From: Candidatus Omnitrophota bacterium
GTDB taxonomy: Bacteria > Omnitrophota > Gorgyraeia > S143-82
Assembly (NCBI GenBank): GCA_015494465.1
Contig: WGBD01000004.1
Location: 68,627 to 132,626 of the forward strand
Length of the DNA: 64,000 nucleotides
Reading direction: 5' to 3'
This document shows positions 9,899 to 22,146 of this stretch, in pieces (the stretch's first letter is position 1; each line of letters starts with the position of its first letter). Made by a program: the position numbers and the translations under genes. Below the pieces are notes generated by a model. It had not been told where the DNA came from, made no database searches, and worked only from the letters and a program-made list of their open reading frames with translations.

Positions 9899-10983
9899 GG
9901 ATATACGAGTTGGATCAAAACAACCCCGATAAAGGGGTGCTGTACGAGATAGCCACGATCCTCAAGGAGGGAGGGATCGTCGCCTTACCTACCGAAACCG
10001 TTTACGGCCTTGCGGTGTGCGTAGACATACCGGAGGCGGTAGAGAGGTTGCGCCGGATAAAGAACCGTCCGGGGGACAAACCCTTCCCGATCCAGATCTG
10101 GCCTAGTAAGAAGGTCTTTTCTCTTACCCCGAAGGACAAGATAGCCCCTAATGCCTACCGCCTTATCCAGAGGTTTTGGCCGGGGCCTTTGACGGTGATC
10201 TTCCCCGCAATGGATAAGGAAAGATTCGGAGAGAAGGTAGGGATCAGGGTCTCCGCGCACAGGGTAGTGCAAGAGTTATTAGGACTGGGGGACTTGGTGG
10301 TCTACATGCCCTCAGCCAATCCCTCGGGGAGTCCACCTGCCCAGAGTTTGCAGGAGGTGATCTCTTACTTCCCAAAAGGGCTGGATGCGGTGGTTGCCTC
10401 TGGGGGGGTTGAAGGGAAGGCCTCGACGGTGGTGGACATCACCACCTCACCTTGGAAGATAGCAAGGGAAGGGGCAGTTCCCGCTCAGGAGATACGAAGG
10501 GTGGAGCAGAGCAGACGGATCGTCTTCGTCTGCACCGGCAACTCCTGCAGGTCGGTTATGGCAGAGTACTATCTAAAAAAGCTCCTGTCCCAGCGGGAGG
10601 GAACGGAAGAGGTGGAGGTCTATTCCTGCGGGATCATGGTGGTGGACGGTATAGGTGGTGCCACGCCAGTGGTGGTGGAGATGCTTGCCCGGGAGGGGAT
10701 GGACGCCTCCAGGCATGTCCGGAGGGCGATAAACGAATCCCTCCTCTTGGGAGCGGATCTCATCTTCGTAATGGAGCGCTATCACGAGGATGTGATATTG
10801 AGGTACCTACCGTTCCTAAGGGGCAGGATATACCTGTTAGGGGAATTCATAGAAGATCTCTCCACGGACCCCGAGATACCCGACCCGATAGGTGGGAGTT
10901 GGGAGGTTTACGAAGAGACCTACTCTAAGATCAAGAAGGCGGTAAATCGAATACTCGATCTAATAACGGGAGGTAAGAAATGA
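9895..10983 (+). CDS. Fusion protein: N-terminal L-threonylcarbamoyladenylate synthase (YrdC/Sua5 domain) joined to a C-terminal low-molecular-weight protein tyrosine/arginine phosphatase (LMW-PTP)
   Basis: The N-terminal domain has ALPTETVYGLAVC and a KxR-type YrdC fold (nt ~9895-10500). The C-terminal domain has the P-loop IVFVCTGNSCRSVMAEYY and a DPIGG motif (nt ~10500-10983). The apparent TTG start overlaps the purE stop. Confidence 0.8.
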   Translation: MRIYELDQNNPDKGVLYEIATILKEGGIVALPTETVYGLAVCVDIPEAVERLRRIKNRPGDKPFPIQIWPSKKVFSLTPKDKIAPNAYRLIQRFWPGPLTVIFPAMDKERFGEKVGIRVSAHRVVQELLGLGDLVVYMPSANPSGSPPAQSLQEVISYFPKGLDAVVASGGVEGKASTVVDITTSPWKIAREGAVPAQEIRRVEQSRRIVFVCTGNSCRSVMAEYYLKKLLSQREGTEEVEVYSCGIMVVDGIGGATPVVVEMLAREGMDASRHVRRAINESLLLGADLIFVMERYHEDVILRYLPFLRGRIYLLGEFIEDLSTDPEIPDPIGGSWEVYEETYSKIKKAVNRILDLITGGKK

Positions 10984-11798
10984 GCCTAAAAGAGAGGATC
11001 CAAGAGACTCGCGACTTCGTCCTCTCCTCCACATCGGTGCGTCCTAGCATAGGCATAGTCCTGGGGACAGGACTTGGGGACCTGGCGAATTATGTAGAGG
11101 TGGAGACGAGGCTCGACTACAAAGAGATCCCCCACTTTCCTTACTCCACCGCACCCGGCCACAAGGGAGAACTCCTGTTAGGCACTTTAGAGGGCAAGCA
11201 GGTGGTGGTTATGGAGGGCAGGTTCCACTACTACGAGGGCTGGTCCCTCGAGCAGATAACCTATCCCATCCGAGTCATGAAGGCCATTGGGGTGGAGACA
11301 CTGATCATCTCCAACGCTGCCGGGGGACTGAATCCGCTCTTCAAGGCAGGAGACATCATGCTCATAGACGATCACATCAACCTGATGGGCGTAAATCCCC
11401 TCATCGGGCCAAACGACGAGGAATTGGGGCCCAGGTTCCCGGACATGTCCGAGCCCTATTCCCAGCAGCTCATAGAGGTAGCGGAGAAAGTTGCCTTGGA
11501 GGAGAAGATACCGGTCAAAAAGGGCGTCTACATCGCGGTAACCGGTCCCAATCTGGAGACGCGCGCGGAGTACAGGTTCTTCCGCATCATAGGGGCGGAT
11601 GCGGTGGGCATGTCTACGGTGCCGGAGGTGATCGTAGGGGTGCACGCGGGATTGAAGATACTGGGTATAAGCGTTATCACCGACATGTGCCTTCCCGACG
11701 CCCTGGAGCCGGTGTCGGTTGAAAAGATAATCGCCACCGCCTCTGCCAGCGCGGACAAACTCCTGCGTCTGGTAAAGGGCGTAGTGCGGAGTATTTGA
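10980..11798 (+). CDS. punA: Purine nucleoside phosphorylase (PNP/MTAP family I, PunA-type)
   Basis: 272 aa; IGIVLGTGLG...; phosphate-binding and purine-binding motifs are present; ATGA start/stop overlap with the upstream gene. Confidence 0.8.
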   Translation: MSLKERIQETRDFVLSSTSVRPSIGIVLGTGLGDLANYVEVETRLDYKEIPHFPYSTAPGHKGELLLGTLEGKQVVVMEGRFHYYEGWSLEQITYPIRVMKAIGVETLIISNAAGGLNPLFKAGDIMLIDDHINLMGVNPLIGPNDEELGPRFPDMSEPYSQQLIEVAEKVALEEKIPVKKGVYIAVTGPNLETRAEYRFFRIIGADAVGMSTVPEVIVGVHAGLKILGISVITDMCLPDALEPVSVEKIIATASASADKLLRLVKGVVRSI

Positions 11799-11819
11799 TC
11801 GCCATCGTGGAGGTGGATT

Positions 11820-12785
11820 ATGGGAATCAGGTTGGGTGAGCTCTACTCAAAGGCGATAGAGGTCGGTCTGGAGAACGACCCTCGCTCACGGGAGGAGATA
11901 GACGAACTCCTGAAGAGGGAAAGGAGGCGATTTGAAGGCCTCTCCGATAAGGAGAAGGAGTTTTTTGATAGGCAACTCTTGGAGCATCCGTTTGCAGACA
12001 GCAGGATACTGAACGGCAACCCGGACAGCGAACTAAACAGGGTGATGGTGGGAATAGACATAGACACCGCAGAGCTCCTTCTGGCGGACAGGCTCTCTGC
12101 CAGCGGAAGGAAGATAGACGCGGTGATATCCCACCATCCCTCCGCAAGGGCCTGGGCCCAGTTTTACGAGGTGATGGACATGCAGGTGGACATCCTACAG
12201 CAGTTGGGGGTAAATCCCGTGCTTGCGGAAAAACTCCTTCAGGAAAGGAAGGAGGCCGTCCGCAGGAAGGTGATGCCCGCCAACCACCACAAGGCCCTGG
12301 ACTGCGCAAAACTGTTAGGCATCTCTTGGGTCTGTATGCACACCCCTTCGGACAACTGCGTTTACTCGTACCTTAAGAGATACTTCGAAGAGAACCACTA
12401 CCGCACCGTAGGCGATGTGATAGATCTGCTCTACGAGATACCCGAGTACCAGGAAGGCGCCCGCCGGGGCACGCCACCGGTGATACTCCTGGGCAGTAGG
12501 TCCTCGCTTGCGGGCAGGATCGCCCTGGAAATGACCGGTGGGACCGAGCCTTCGGTCGAGAACTACCGGCACCTGGTAAACGCAGGGATCGGCACCATCG
12601 TTGGCATGCACTTCAGCGAAGAGCACTACAAAAAGGCGAAAGAGGCCAAGCTGAACCTCGTCGTTGCCGGGCACATGTCCAGCGACACCTTAGGGATGAA
12701 CCTGTTGCTGGACGAGGTGATGCGCAGGCTCGGGCAGAGGTTAGAGGTGATCGCGGTATCGGGATTCTATCGGGTGGAGAGATAA
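11820..12785 (+). CDS. NIF3-family (YqfO/YbgI-like) dinuclear metal-centre protein, with a divergent N-terminus
   Basis: Family motifs DAVISHHP and VVAGHMSSDTLG (GHxxTE-like) are present; GGAGGTGG ribosome-binding site. The N-terminal ~90 aa is atypical, so the call is tentative. Confidence 0.5.
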   Translation: MGIRLGELYSKAIEVGLENDPRSREEIDELLKRERRRFEGLSDKEKEFFDRQLLEHPFADSRILNGNPDSELNRVMVGIDIDTAELLLADRLSASGRKIDAVISHHPSARAWAQFYEVMDMQVDILQQLGVNPVLAEKLLQERKEAVRRKVMPANHHKALDCAKLLGISWVCMHTPSDNCVYSYLKRYFEENHYRTVGDVIDLLYEIPEYQEGARRGTPPVILLGSRSSLAGRIALEMTGGTEPSVENYRHLVNAGIGTIVGMHFSEEHYKKAKEAKLNLVVAGHMSSDTLGMNLLLDEVMRRLGQRLEVIAVSGFYRVER

Positions 12786-12812
12786 ACTTCGGATAATGTA
12801 TATTATGTTAAA

Positions 12813-13616
12813 TTAAGCCTGGCAGGTCGGGCAGTAGTAAGTGCCTCGCCCACCGAGGGTTACCTTGACCACCTTACCCCCGCAGACCGCGCAGGGCTCG
12901 TTCTCCCTGCCGTAGACCAGTAGTTTCCCGCTGAAGTCGGGATGGGACTTTCCGTCGTAGAAGTACTTCTTCAACACCGCTCCGTGCCGGATAGAATCCT
13001 TCACCACCTCTTTGATGGCCTCGTATAGTCTTTCGATTTCCTCATCGGTCAGGCTGTTTGCGGGTCGGTCCGGCCTTATCCGGGCCCGGAAAAGGGCCTC
13101 AACCGCGTAGATGTTCCCGATACCAGCGACGAACTTCTGATCCATCAACAGGGGTTTTATCTTGGTCCTCGACCTCTTGATCTTGTCCCGAAAGTATTCC
13201 AAGGTAAACGAACTATCCAGCACATCCGGGCCCATCTGCTTGAAAAACGGCTCCTCGTCAAGGTCAGTGGTAAACCTCACTTCCGCCAATGCCCGCCTAT
13301 CGCACACATAGAGGTTCTTTTCTGCACCTTCAAAGACGAGTTCCACTAAGGCATAAGGGAGTTGTTTGGTATCCAGACATATCTGCCCGTTTATCTTGAG
13401 GTGGATTATCAGGAAGCCCTTTGGGAACTCCAGGATTATGGCCTTGCCCCGGCGCTGGATACCCTTCAGTCCCTGATTGAGGATCGCCTTGAGGATGGTC
13501 TGAGGATTGGTCTTCACCGCCTTCTTGGAGATGGCACGAAAAGAGGTCAAGGTCCTGCCCTCGAACAGAGGGCGCAGACGCCTGACTATGACCTCTACCT
13601 CGGGTAATTCAGGCAT
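12813..13616 (-). CDS. mutM: Formamidopyrimidine-DNA glycosylase (Fpg/MutM)
   Basis: N-terminus MPELPEVEVIVRRL (catalytic Pro2/Glu3); H2TH domain; C-terminal zinc finger CAVCGG...CPTCQA. The ORF-track start at 13628 adds MDLY, which is implausible for Fpg. Confidence 0.9.
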   Translation of the reverse strand: MPELPEVEVIVRRLRPLFEGRTLTSFRAISKKAVKTNPQTILKAILNQGLKGIQRRGKAIILEFPKGFLIIHLKINGQICLDTKQLPYALVELVFEGAEKNLYVCDRRALAEVRFTTDLDEEPFFKQMGPDVLDSSFTLEYFRDKIKRSRTKIKPLLMDQKFVAGIGNIYAVEALFRARIRPDRPANSLTDEEIERLYEAIKEVVKDSIRHGAVLKKYFYDGKSHPDFSGKLLVYGRENEPCAVCGGKVVKVTLGGRGTYYCPTCQA

Positions 13617-13636
13617 GTATAAGTCCAAAAGTAATC

Positions 13637-13709
13637 AGCCGGCGAGAGGACTCGAACCTCCAACCTACTGATTACAAGTCAGTTGCTCTGCCAATTGAGC
13701 TACGCCGGC
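13637..13709 (-). tRNA. tRNA-Thr (anticodon UGU)
   Basis: Minus-strand sequence GCCGGCGTAGCTCAATTGGCAGAGCAACTGACTTGTAATCAGTAGGTTGGAGGTTCGAGTCCTCTCGCCGGCT. The 7-bp acceptor stem, D-loop, anticodon loop CTTGTAA and T-loop GGTTCGAGTCC are all canonical; CCA is not encoded. Confidence 0.85.
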
Positions 13710-13726
13710 CTGAAGACCTATTATAC

Positions 13727-16072
<2,346 letters not shown>

Positions 16073-16106
16073 TCAATAAAGGCTGGACACACTTTCAGCA
16101 ATTATA

Positions 16107-16448
16107 TCAACCCTTTTCCTCTATAGCAAGACTATCGTCTATCCAGTGCAGGAAACCTTCGTATCCCTCTTTTATCTCTATCGCTATCACGCAGGGGCAT
16201 TCGTAGGGATGGATTTCCAGCACCCTTTTCTCCAATGCGGGGAAGACATCTCTTCGCGTCTTTGCTATCAGGACTACTTCCGAGTCTTCTTCTATCCTGC
16301 CCTGCCACCAGTACATAGAATGTATCTTTGGTATAATGTTCACGCAGGCGCAGAGCCTTGCCTCCAAGAGGGACCTGCCTACCTTTTTGGCGGAATCCTC
16401 GTCGGGAGCAGTGATGTACACCAATATGTATTCCCTAGTCCTATCCAT
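16107..16448 (-). CDS. cutA: Divalent-cation tolerance protein CutA
   Basis: 113 aa; trimeric CutA1 fold motifs (YITAPDEDSAKKVGRSLLEARLCACVNI...YWWQG). Confidence 0.8.
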   Translation of the reverse strand: MDRTREYILVYITAPDEDSAKKVGRSLLEARLCACVNIIPKIHSMYWWQGRIEEDSEVVLIAKTRRDVFPALEKRVLEIHPYECPCVIAIEIKEGYEGFLHWIDDSLAIEEKG

Positions 16449-17037
16449 TCTCTTCAGCGAGGCGGTTGAACAGTTCCCGCTTCAATGCGTCCAGGTTGGC
16501 CTCCAGCATGGCCTCGAGGTCCAACCTTATCAATATTCCGCTCTCGGGGGCCTCCATGATTATCCCAAATTCTACGGAATCGTCCACTTGAATCCGCAGT
16601 GTGCAGTCCTGGTAGTGGGCCTGGATTACCCTCTGAAGGAGTTCGGCGTCTGCAGGGTGGATCCTGACCACCGCATCCCCTTGGCATTTGGGCATAGCGT
16701 GGTTCAGGAGCCTTAAGAGTATCTGGGAGTACCTGCCCTGATCCGATTTTACGCTCAGCATTGCCTGTCGCAGTCGGGGATAGAAGTCCTGCCATATCTC
16801 TTCCTTGGTCTGGCTCAGGGCAAGGGTCATCTCCTTATAGGCCTTGGCCTTGTATCGGGCAACGAGGGCTATCTTCTCGTGGAGGAATTCGCGCATCTTC
16901 GCCTCTTGCCACTCCTTCAGCTGGGCCTTTGCCTGAGAAAGTTCCCGTTCTTTCACCAGATTGGCCCTGCGGAGGATCTCTTCTACCTGCTTTTCTACCT
17001 TGTCCTTTATGTATTTTTTGAGTTCGTTAACCCCCAA
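16441..17037 (-). CDS. V/A-type ATP synthase subunit E (peripheral stalk)
   Basis: 198 aa. The N-terminal ~110 aa are charged coiled coil. The C-terminal globular part (GIIMEAPESGILIRLDLEAMLEANLDALKRELFNRL) matches the subunit-E pattern xVxNSLxxRLDxxW. It overlaps the upstream F-like gene by 11 nt. Confidence 0.6.
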   Translation of the reverse strand: MGVNELKKYIKDKVEKQVEEILRRANLVKERELSQAKAQLKEWQEAKMREFLHEKIALVARYKAKAYKEMTLALSQTKEEIWQDFYPRLRQAMLSVKSDQGRYSQILLRLLNHAMPKCQGDAVVRIHPADAELLQRVIQAHYQDCTLRIQVDDSVEFGIIMEAPESGILIRLDLEAMLEANLDALKRELFNRLAEENG

Positions 17038-17329
17038 GATTTACCCCCACCACCTCTGCTATAAGTCTGTTCGCGTCTATCTCTACATCCTTACGGACAT
17101 CCGGGATTATTACCACGATACTACCGCTATATTTCTTTTGCCAGTGGGTCAACTCCTTCTCTATCTCCCCAGCAACGCTCTGGGTCAAAAGAACGATATT
17201 GTTGCGGTTTTTCAGGAGGTCTTCCACCTTGCCCAACAGATCGGTGCGTCCCTCAGCTATTATAGGTTCAGCCCCAACCATACTCAGGGCGTAGACCGTC
17301 AGGCTGTCTCCCACGCAGACCAGTCTCAT
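17027..17329 (-). CDS. V/A-type ATP synthase subunit F
   Basis: 100 aa; Rossmann-like pattern MRLVCVGDSLTVYALSMVGAE...IVLLTQSVAGEI typical of V-ATPase F; 4-nt overlap with the gatB stop. Confidence 0.55.
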   Translation of the reverse strand: MRLVCVGDSLTVYALSMVGAEPIIAEGRTDLLGKVEDLLKNRNNIVLLTQSVAGEIEKELTHWQKKYSGSIVVIIPDVRKDVEIDANRLIAEVVGVNLGG

Positions 17330-18759
17330 CCCACACCCTCTTCCAAGAGTCGCTCCAGCAACTGTCGCACCTTCTGGGGATTAGCCTTGCCCCGCGTGGC
17401 CTTCATAACCTGCCCTACGAGGAACATCACCGCATTCTTCTTCCCCGAACGATAGTCCTGGACCACCTTGGGATTCTTCTCTATCGTCTCTCGGGCTAGG
17501 CCCTCGAGCATACCCTCATCCGAGACCTGTGCCAGCCCCTTCTCCTCCACTATGGCGCCGGCAGGTTTGCCAGTCTCTATCATCTCCTCCAAGACCTGCT
17601 TTACCACCAAGTTGTTGATCTTGCCCTCGTCCCACAGGTTGACCAGTTCGCTTAACTGTTCAGGAGAGACGGCCAGGTCCTTTACGGAGATACCTCTCTG
17701 ATTCAACTGCTCTGCTAGGATGCTTATCATCAGGTTAGCGCACTTCTTGGGGTTCTTCACCAACCGTGCGGTCTCTTCAAAGTAATCCGCAAACTCCTTC
17801 TCCAGGCAAAGGACCTTGGCGTCGTATTCGGTTATCTTGTACTCCTCAACCAAGCGCCTGCGCCTTGCCTTGGGCATCTCGGGCAGTTCCGAGCGCAGGG
17901 ATTCTATCGTTGAGGAGTCCACCTTTATAGGCAATAGATCCGGTTCGGGGAAGTAGCGGTAGTCGTGCGCCTCCTCCTTACTGCGCATACTCTGGGTTAT
18001 CCCTTTGTTGGCATCCCACAGTCGGGTCTCCTGCTGGATAGTCTCACCCGACTCCAGGGCGGATATCTGGCGCCTTATCTCGTACTCCAGAGCGGACTTT
18101 ACCCCCTTGAAGGAGTTGAGGTTCTTTATCTCGGTCTTGGTACCCAGTTTCCCTTCCCCTCTTCGCCGGACCGAGACATTGGCGTCGCACCTCAGAGAGC
18201 CCTTTTCCATGTCGCAGTCGGAGACGCCCAGATACTGCACGATCTGCTTCAAAGTGGTCAGGTATTCGTAGGCCTCCTCGGGTGAGGATATGTCGGGCTG
18301 GCTGACTATCTCCAGAAGGGGCACGCCCGCCCGGTTGTAGTCCACATAGGATGCCCCTTCACCGTGTATCAACTTCCCCGCGTCTTCCTCCATGTGGACG
18401 CGCTTTATGCCTATCTTTTTGGGGCCGTTTTCGGTGTCTATCTCTATCCATCCCTCCGTTGCTATTGGCATGTCGTACTGGGATATCTGATAGGCCTTGG
18501 GCAGGTCGGGATAGAAGTAGTTCTTGCGGTCAAATTTGGTGTACCCTGCTATCCGGCAGTTCAGGGCCAGACCGACCTTTATCGCGTATTCCAGGACCTT
18601 CTGGTTGAAGACCGGCAGTACTCCGGGGAATCCGAGGCACACGGGGCACACATTGGTATTGGGCTCTGCCCCGAATTCGTTCCTGCATCCGCAGAATATC
18701 TTGGTATTGGTGTTCAGTTGGACGTGCACTTCCAGACCGATGACCGCTTCCCAGTCCAT
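17326..18759 (-). CDS. gatB: Aspartyl/glutamyl-tRNA(Asn/Gln) amidotransferase subunit B
   Basis: MDWEAVIGLEVHVQLNTNTKIFCGC... with a C-terminal GatB/YqeY domain. The true start is probably the M at 18759; the ORF-track extension to 18828 overlaps gatA. Confidence 0.9.
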   Translation of the reverse strand: MDWEAVIGLEVHVQLNTNTKIFCGCRNEFGAEPNTNVCPVCLGFPGVLPVFNQKVLEYAIKVGLALNCRIAGYTKFDRKNYFYPDLPKAYQISQYDMPIATEGWIEIDTENGPKKIGIKRVHMEEDAGKLIHGEGASYVDYNRAGVPLLEIVSQPDISSPEEAYEYLTTLKQIVQYLGVSDCDMEKGSLRCDANVSVRRRGEGKLGTKTEIKNLNSFKGVKSALEYEIRRQISALESGETIQQETRLWDANKGITQSMRSKEEAHDYRYFPEPDLLPIKVDSSTIESLRSELPEMPKARRRRLVEEYKITEYDAKVLCLEKEFADYFEETARLVKNPKKCANLMISILAEQLNQRGISVKDLAVSPEQLSELVNLWDEGKINNLVVKQVLEEMIETGKPAGAIVEEKGLAQVSDEGMLEGLARETIEKNPKVVQDYRSGKKNAVMFLVGQVMKATRGKANPQKVRQLLERLLEEGVG

Positions 18760-18769
18760 AACTCCTCCT

Positions 18770-20185
18770 CTATTCAAACCTCGGGAACTTGGTGTGCCAC
18801 GGCGTTGCCTGTTCGTAGGCGTAGGCAACCCGGAACAAGGTCTTTTCGTCGAACGCCTTGCCTATAAACTGGACCCCTATGGGGAGTTTTTCGCTGTGCA
18901 GTCCGCAGGGCAAGGATATCGCAGGTAGCCCTGCCAGGTTTGCGGATATCGTGAAGACATCGGAGAGGTACATGGCCAAAGGATCGTTTATCTTCTCCCC
19001 TATACGGAACGCAGGCGTAGGTGAAGTCGGCGTCATTATTACATCGTATTCGGTGAAGGCCTGATCGAAGTCGCGTTTTATGAGTGCCCTAACCTTCTGC
19101 GCCCTTAAGTAGTAGGCATCGTAGTATCCGGAAGAAAGGACATGGGTCCCGAGTATGATCCTGCGCTTGGCCTCGGGCCCGAACCCAGCCTCCCGGGTGC
19201 GCAGGTACATATCCAATAGGTTTCTGCCCTTTATCCTCAATCCGTACTGGACACCGTCAAACCGGGCCAGATTGGAACTTGCCTCTGCGGTGGCAACGAT
19301 GTAGTAGGTGGCAACGCAGTACTTTGTGTGGGGCAGGGATATCTCCTCACACCTCGCCCCCAGATCCTGCAGGACGACCCTTACATTGTTCACGAAGTGC
19401 CTTACCTCGGGATCTATGCCCTCTTCAAAGTATTCCTTGGGCACGCCAACCTTTACCCCTTTCAGGTCCTTGCTGAGGTATTGTAGATAGTTGTCCACCT
19501 CTACCTCTGCAGAGGTGGAATCCATCTCGTCGTATCCCGCTATTACCTGCAGGACTCGGGCGCTGTCCTCCACATTGCGAGAGAAGACCCCTATCTGGTC
19601 CAGACTGGAGGCAAAGGCTATCAGGCCATAGCGGGATACCCTCCCGTAGGTCGGCTTCAGCCCCACCACCCCGCACAGGCTGGCGGGCTGTCTTATGGAT
19701 CCCCCGGTGTCCGATCCCAAGGCCACGGGGACCATCCCACTGGCGACCGCAACTGCAGATCCACCGCTGGATCCCCCCGGCACCCTTTCCTTGTCCCAAG
19801 GATTGCGGGAGGGATAATAACAGGAGGTCTCGCACGAGGATCCGAATGCAAACTCGTCCATGTTGGTCTTTCCTATCAACACCGCCCCCGCGGACTTGAG
19901 GCGCTTTATCACCGTCGCGTCGTAAGGCGGGCGGAATCCCTCCAGTATCCGGGAACAGCAGGTGGTAAGTTTGCCTTCTTCGCATATGTTGTCCTTAATC
20001 GCTATCGGGACGCCGTAGAGAGACCCGGAATCTGCCTCCGGTTCGGCGTCGGAGAATATGCCATTGGGGATAAAGGCCTTCAACTCCTCCTGCAGTTGGT
20101 CGATACGCCTCAGAAACGAGTCCCGTATTTCCTTCCAATCCCCACCGGATCTTAACCTGTCCTGTATCTCAGAGATGGTCATCAT
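18770..20185 (-). CDS. gatA: Glutamyl-tRNA(Gln) amidotransferase subunit A (amidase signature family)
   Basis: 471 aa; amidase signature [33 protein letters not shown]. Confidence 0.9.
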   Translation of the reverse strand: MMTISEIQDRLRSGGDWKEIRDSFLRRIDQLQEELKAFIPNGIFSDAEPEADSGSLYGVPIAIKDNICEEGKLTTCCSRILEGFRPPYDATVIKRLKSAGAVLIGKTNMDEFAFGSSCETSCYYPSRNPWDKERVPGGSSGGSAVAVASGMVPVALGSDTGGSIRQPASLCGVVGLKPTYGRVSRYGLIAFASSLDQIGVFSRNVEDSARVLQVIAGYDEMDSTSAEVEVDNYLQYLSKDLKGVKVGVPKEYFEEGIDPEVRHFVNNVRVVLQDLGARCEEISLPHTKYCVATYYIVATAEASSNLARFDGVQYGLRIKGRNLLDMYLRTREAGFGPEAKRRIILGTHVLSSGYYDAYYLRAQKVRALIKRDFDQAFTEYDVIMTPTSPTPAFRIGEKINDPLAMYLSDVFTISANLAGLPAISLPCGLHSEKLPIGVQFIGKAFDEKTLFRVAYAYEQATPWHTKFPRFE

Positions 20186-20202
20186 AGATTCATACCTCGC
20201 AG

Positions 20203-20487
20203 TTATTCTATCACCTTCGGCACCACGAAGAATCCGTCCTTTGCCTCCGGGGCATTGGACAGGGCCTTGTCCCTATCCAGCGAGGGTCTTACCTCGTCCT
20301 TCCGAAAACGGTTGGTAATCGGCAAGGGGTGATACATCGGCTCCACCCCGGAGATGTCCACCTCCTTGAGCTGTTCTACATAACCCAGTATGTCCCCAAG
20401 TTGAGATGAGAACAGTTCCTTCTCCTCCTCGCTCAACTCTATCCTTATCAAGCGGGCAAGGTAATCCACCTTATCGAACTTCCCCAT
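20203..20487 (-). CDS. gatC: Glu-tRNA(Gln) amidotransferase subunit C
   Basis: 94 aa; begins [24 protein letters not shown]...; position immediately upstream of gatA. Confidence 0.85.
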   Translation of the reverse strand: MGKFDKVDYLARLIRIELSEEEKELFSSQLGDILGYVEQLKEVDISGVEPMYHPLPITNRFRKDEVRPSLDRDKALSNAPEAKDGFFVVPKVIE

Positions 20488-20499
20488 ATTCGCCTCCGC

Positions 20500-21114
20500 C
20501 TATTCCTCCTTCATCAATTCCAGTTCCCTAAGGACCTGACGGGCGAACTGCTCCGCAGCAGACGGACCGGAGCCGGTAACTATACCACCGTCGGAAACCA
20601 CCGCCTCTGCCCGGTACTTTGCTCCCTTCTCCTCTATCCTGCGGGCCTCGGAGTGCCACACCGTCGCCTCCTTCCCCTTCAGCAGGCCCGCATTGGCCAG
20701 GGTCACCGGGGACAGGCATATAGCGGAGACCAGTTTACCTTGTTTGTAGAACTCGTTCAACAGGTCCTGCACCTTCTTGTCGTTGAAGTAGGTCTGGGCC
20801 CCGACGCCTCCCACCAAGACCACAGCGTCGAACCCCTTGGGATCTATCTCGTCTATGGTGATGTCCGGCATGACCTTTGCCCCCAGCATTCCCACGCAGG
20901 TCTTCTTCTCCCGGGAGGCCACCACGACCTCGTAGCCTGCCTGTTGGAATATCCTCTTGGGTACCAATAGCTCCTCGTCCCGGAAGTTCTTGGGGGCGAT
21001 TATCATTAAGATTCGGCCCTTGGATGATCCCTTGGCAGAGGAATCCATCGCACTCCAACCCGGCAGTGCAACCAGCATGGCAATCGCCAGTCCCGACAAC
21101 CAATTCCACCTCAT
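20500..21114 (-). CDS. DJ-1/PfpI (ThiJ) family protein with an N-terminal signal peptide
   Basis: 204 aa. Hydrophobic leader MRWNWLSGLAIAMLVALPGWSA; the DJ-1 fold contains the nucleophile-elbow Cys in LVSAICLSPVTLANAG. Confidence 0.8.
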   Translation of the reverse strand: MRWNWLSGLAIAMLVALPGWSAMDSSAKGSSKGRILMIIAPKNFRDEELLVPKRIFQQAGYEVVVASREKKTCVGMLGAKVMPDITIDEIDPKGFDAVVLVGGVGAQTYFNDKKVQDLLNEFYKQGKLVSAICLSPVTLANAGLLKGKEATVWHSEARRIEEKGAKYRAEAVVSDGGIVTGSGPSAAEQFARQVLRELELMKEE

Positions 21115-21129
21115 AATCCACCTCCCCCT

Positions 21130-22146
21130 TTACGCGGAGCTTGCCAATACTCTCTCTTCTACCTCGTCAAAGTGCCTGCGCAGTTCCTCCACCGAGCAGG
21201 TAGCCACGCCCACCTTACCCACCACCACGCCTGCGGATATGTTGGATATCACCGCCGAGCGGACAGGATCCAGGCCCACTGCCCTTGCCAGCGTAAACGA
21301 GGCTATCACCGTATCCCCCGCTCCGGAGACATCGTAGACCTCCAGGGCAGCGGTGGGTATGTGAACCGACCTCCTCGGCAAGTACAACTTCATCCCCAAT
21401 TCGGACAAGGTCACCAATAATCCCTTCAGAGAAAGCCGGCGCATAAGGGCGCGGGCGGATTTGTCGACATCCGCCATGGTCTTAAGGGGCCTGCCGGCCG
21501 CCTCTGCCAGTTCCTTGCGGTTGGGAGTTATCACATCAACATTGCGGTAGAAGGAGAAGTGGTCCTTCTTGGGGTCTACGCTCACTATCTTCCTCTGCTT
21601 GTGGGCGTAGGGTATGATCCTGCTCAAAAGGGAGCGGGTAATCACGCCCTTGCCGTAATCCTCTATTATCACCGCATCCGCCTCGTCAATGGCAGCCTTT
21701 GCGAGTTGTAACAGGCGCTCTTCGTATCTGCGCTCAAGATCCGACGGATCCTCCCGATCTATCCTGACGACCTGCTGGCTATGGGCAACCACCCGGGTCT
21801 TGACGGTGGTGGGCCGGTCGTCTACCTCAAGGATCCCGTTGGTGTCCACGCCCGAGTCTCCCAACATCTTCCTAAGGCGCCTCCCCGCCGAGTCTTTACC
21901 CACTATCCCGCACACCATCGCCCGTCCACCGAGGGCGGTGATGTTCCGAGCCACATTCGCCGCTCCACCCGGCATAAAGGATTCCCGCTTAACCCATACC
22001 ACCGGGACCGGCGCCTCGGGAGATATCCTGTCCACCTCCCCCCATACAAACTCATCGAGCATCAGGTCGCCCACCACGAGCACCTTTGCCCGGGGAAATG
22101 CGGATATCGCCTCCTCCAACTCCGCCCTAGTGAGCAATCTCCTCAC
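21130..22146 (-). CDS. PfkB-family sugar kinase of the RfaE/HldE domain-I type (D-glycero-beta-D-manno-heptose-7-phosphate kinase-like), standalone
   Basis: 338 aa with [29 protein letters not shown] and a C-terminal GAGDT motif. The C-terminal adenylyltransferase domain seen in bifunctional HldE is absent. Confidence 0.75.
   Translation of the reverse strand: MRRLLTRAELEEAISAFPRAKVLVVGDLMLDEFVWGEVDRISPEAPVPVVWVKRESFMPGGAANVARNITALGGRAMVCGIVGKDSAGRRLRKMLGDSGVDTNGILEVDDRPTTVKTRVVAHSQQVVRIDREDPSDLERRYEERLLQLAKAAIDEADAVIIEDYGKGVITRSLLSRIIPYAHKQRKIVSVDPKKDHFSFYRNVDVITPNRKELAEAAGRPLKTMADVDKSARALMRRLSLKGLLVTLSELGMKLYLPRRSVHIPTAALEVYDVSGAGDTVIASFTLARAVGLDPVRSAVISNISAGVVVGKVGVATCSVEELRRHFDEVEERVLASSA

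Noticed and set aside
13631-13636. An encoded CCA end on tRNA-Thr
   Set aside because: The bases 3' of the discriminator on the minus strand are GAT, not CCA, so CCA must be added post-transcriptionally.
18760-18828. An N-terminal extension of gatB ([23 protein letters not shown]) suggested by the ORF track
   Set aside because: The extension overlaps the 3' end of gatA. The conserved GatB N-terminus MDWEAVIGLEVH begins at 18759, 10 nt after the gatA stop.
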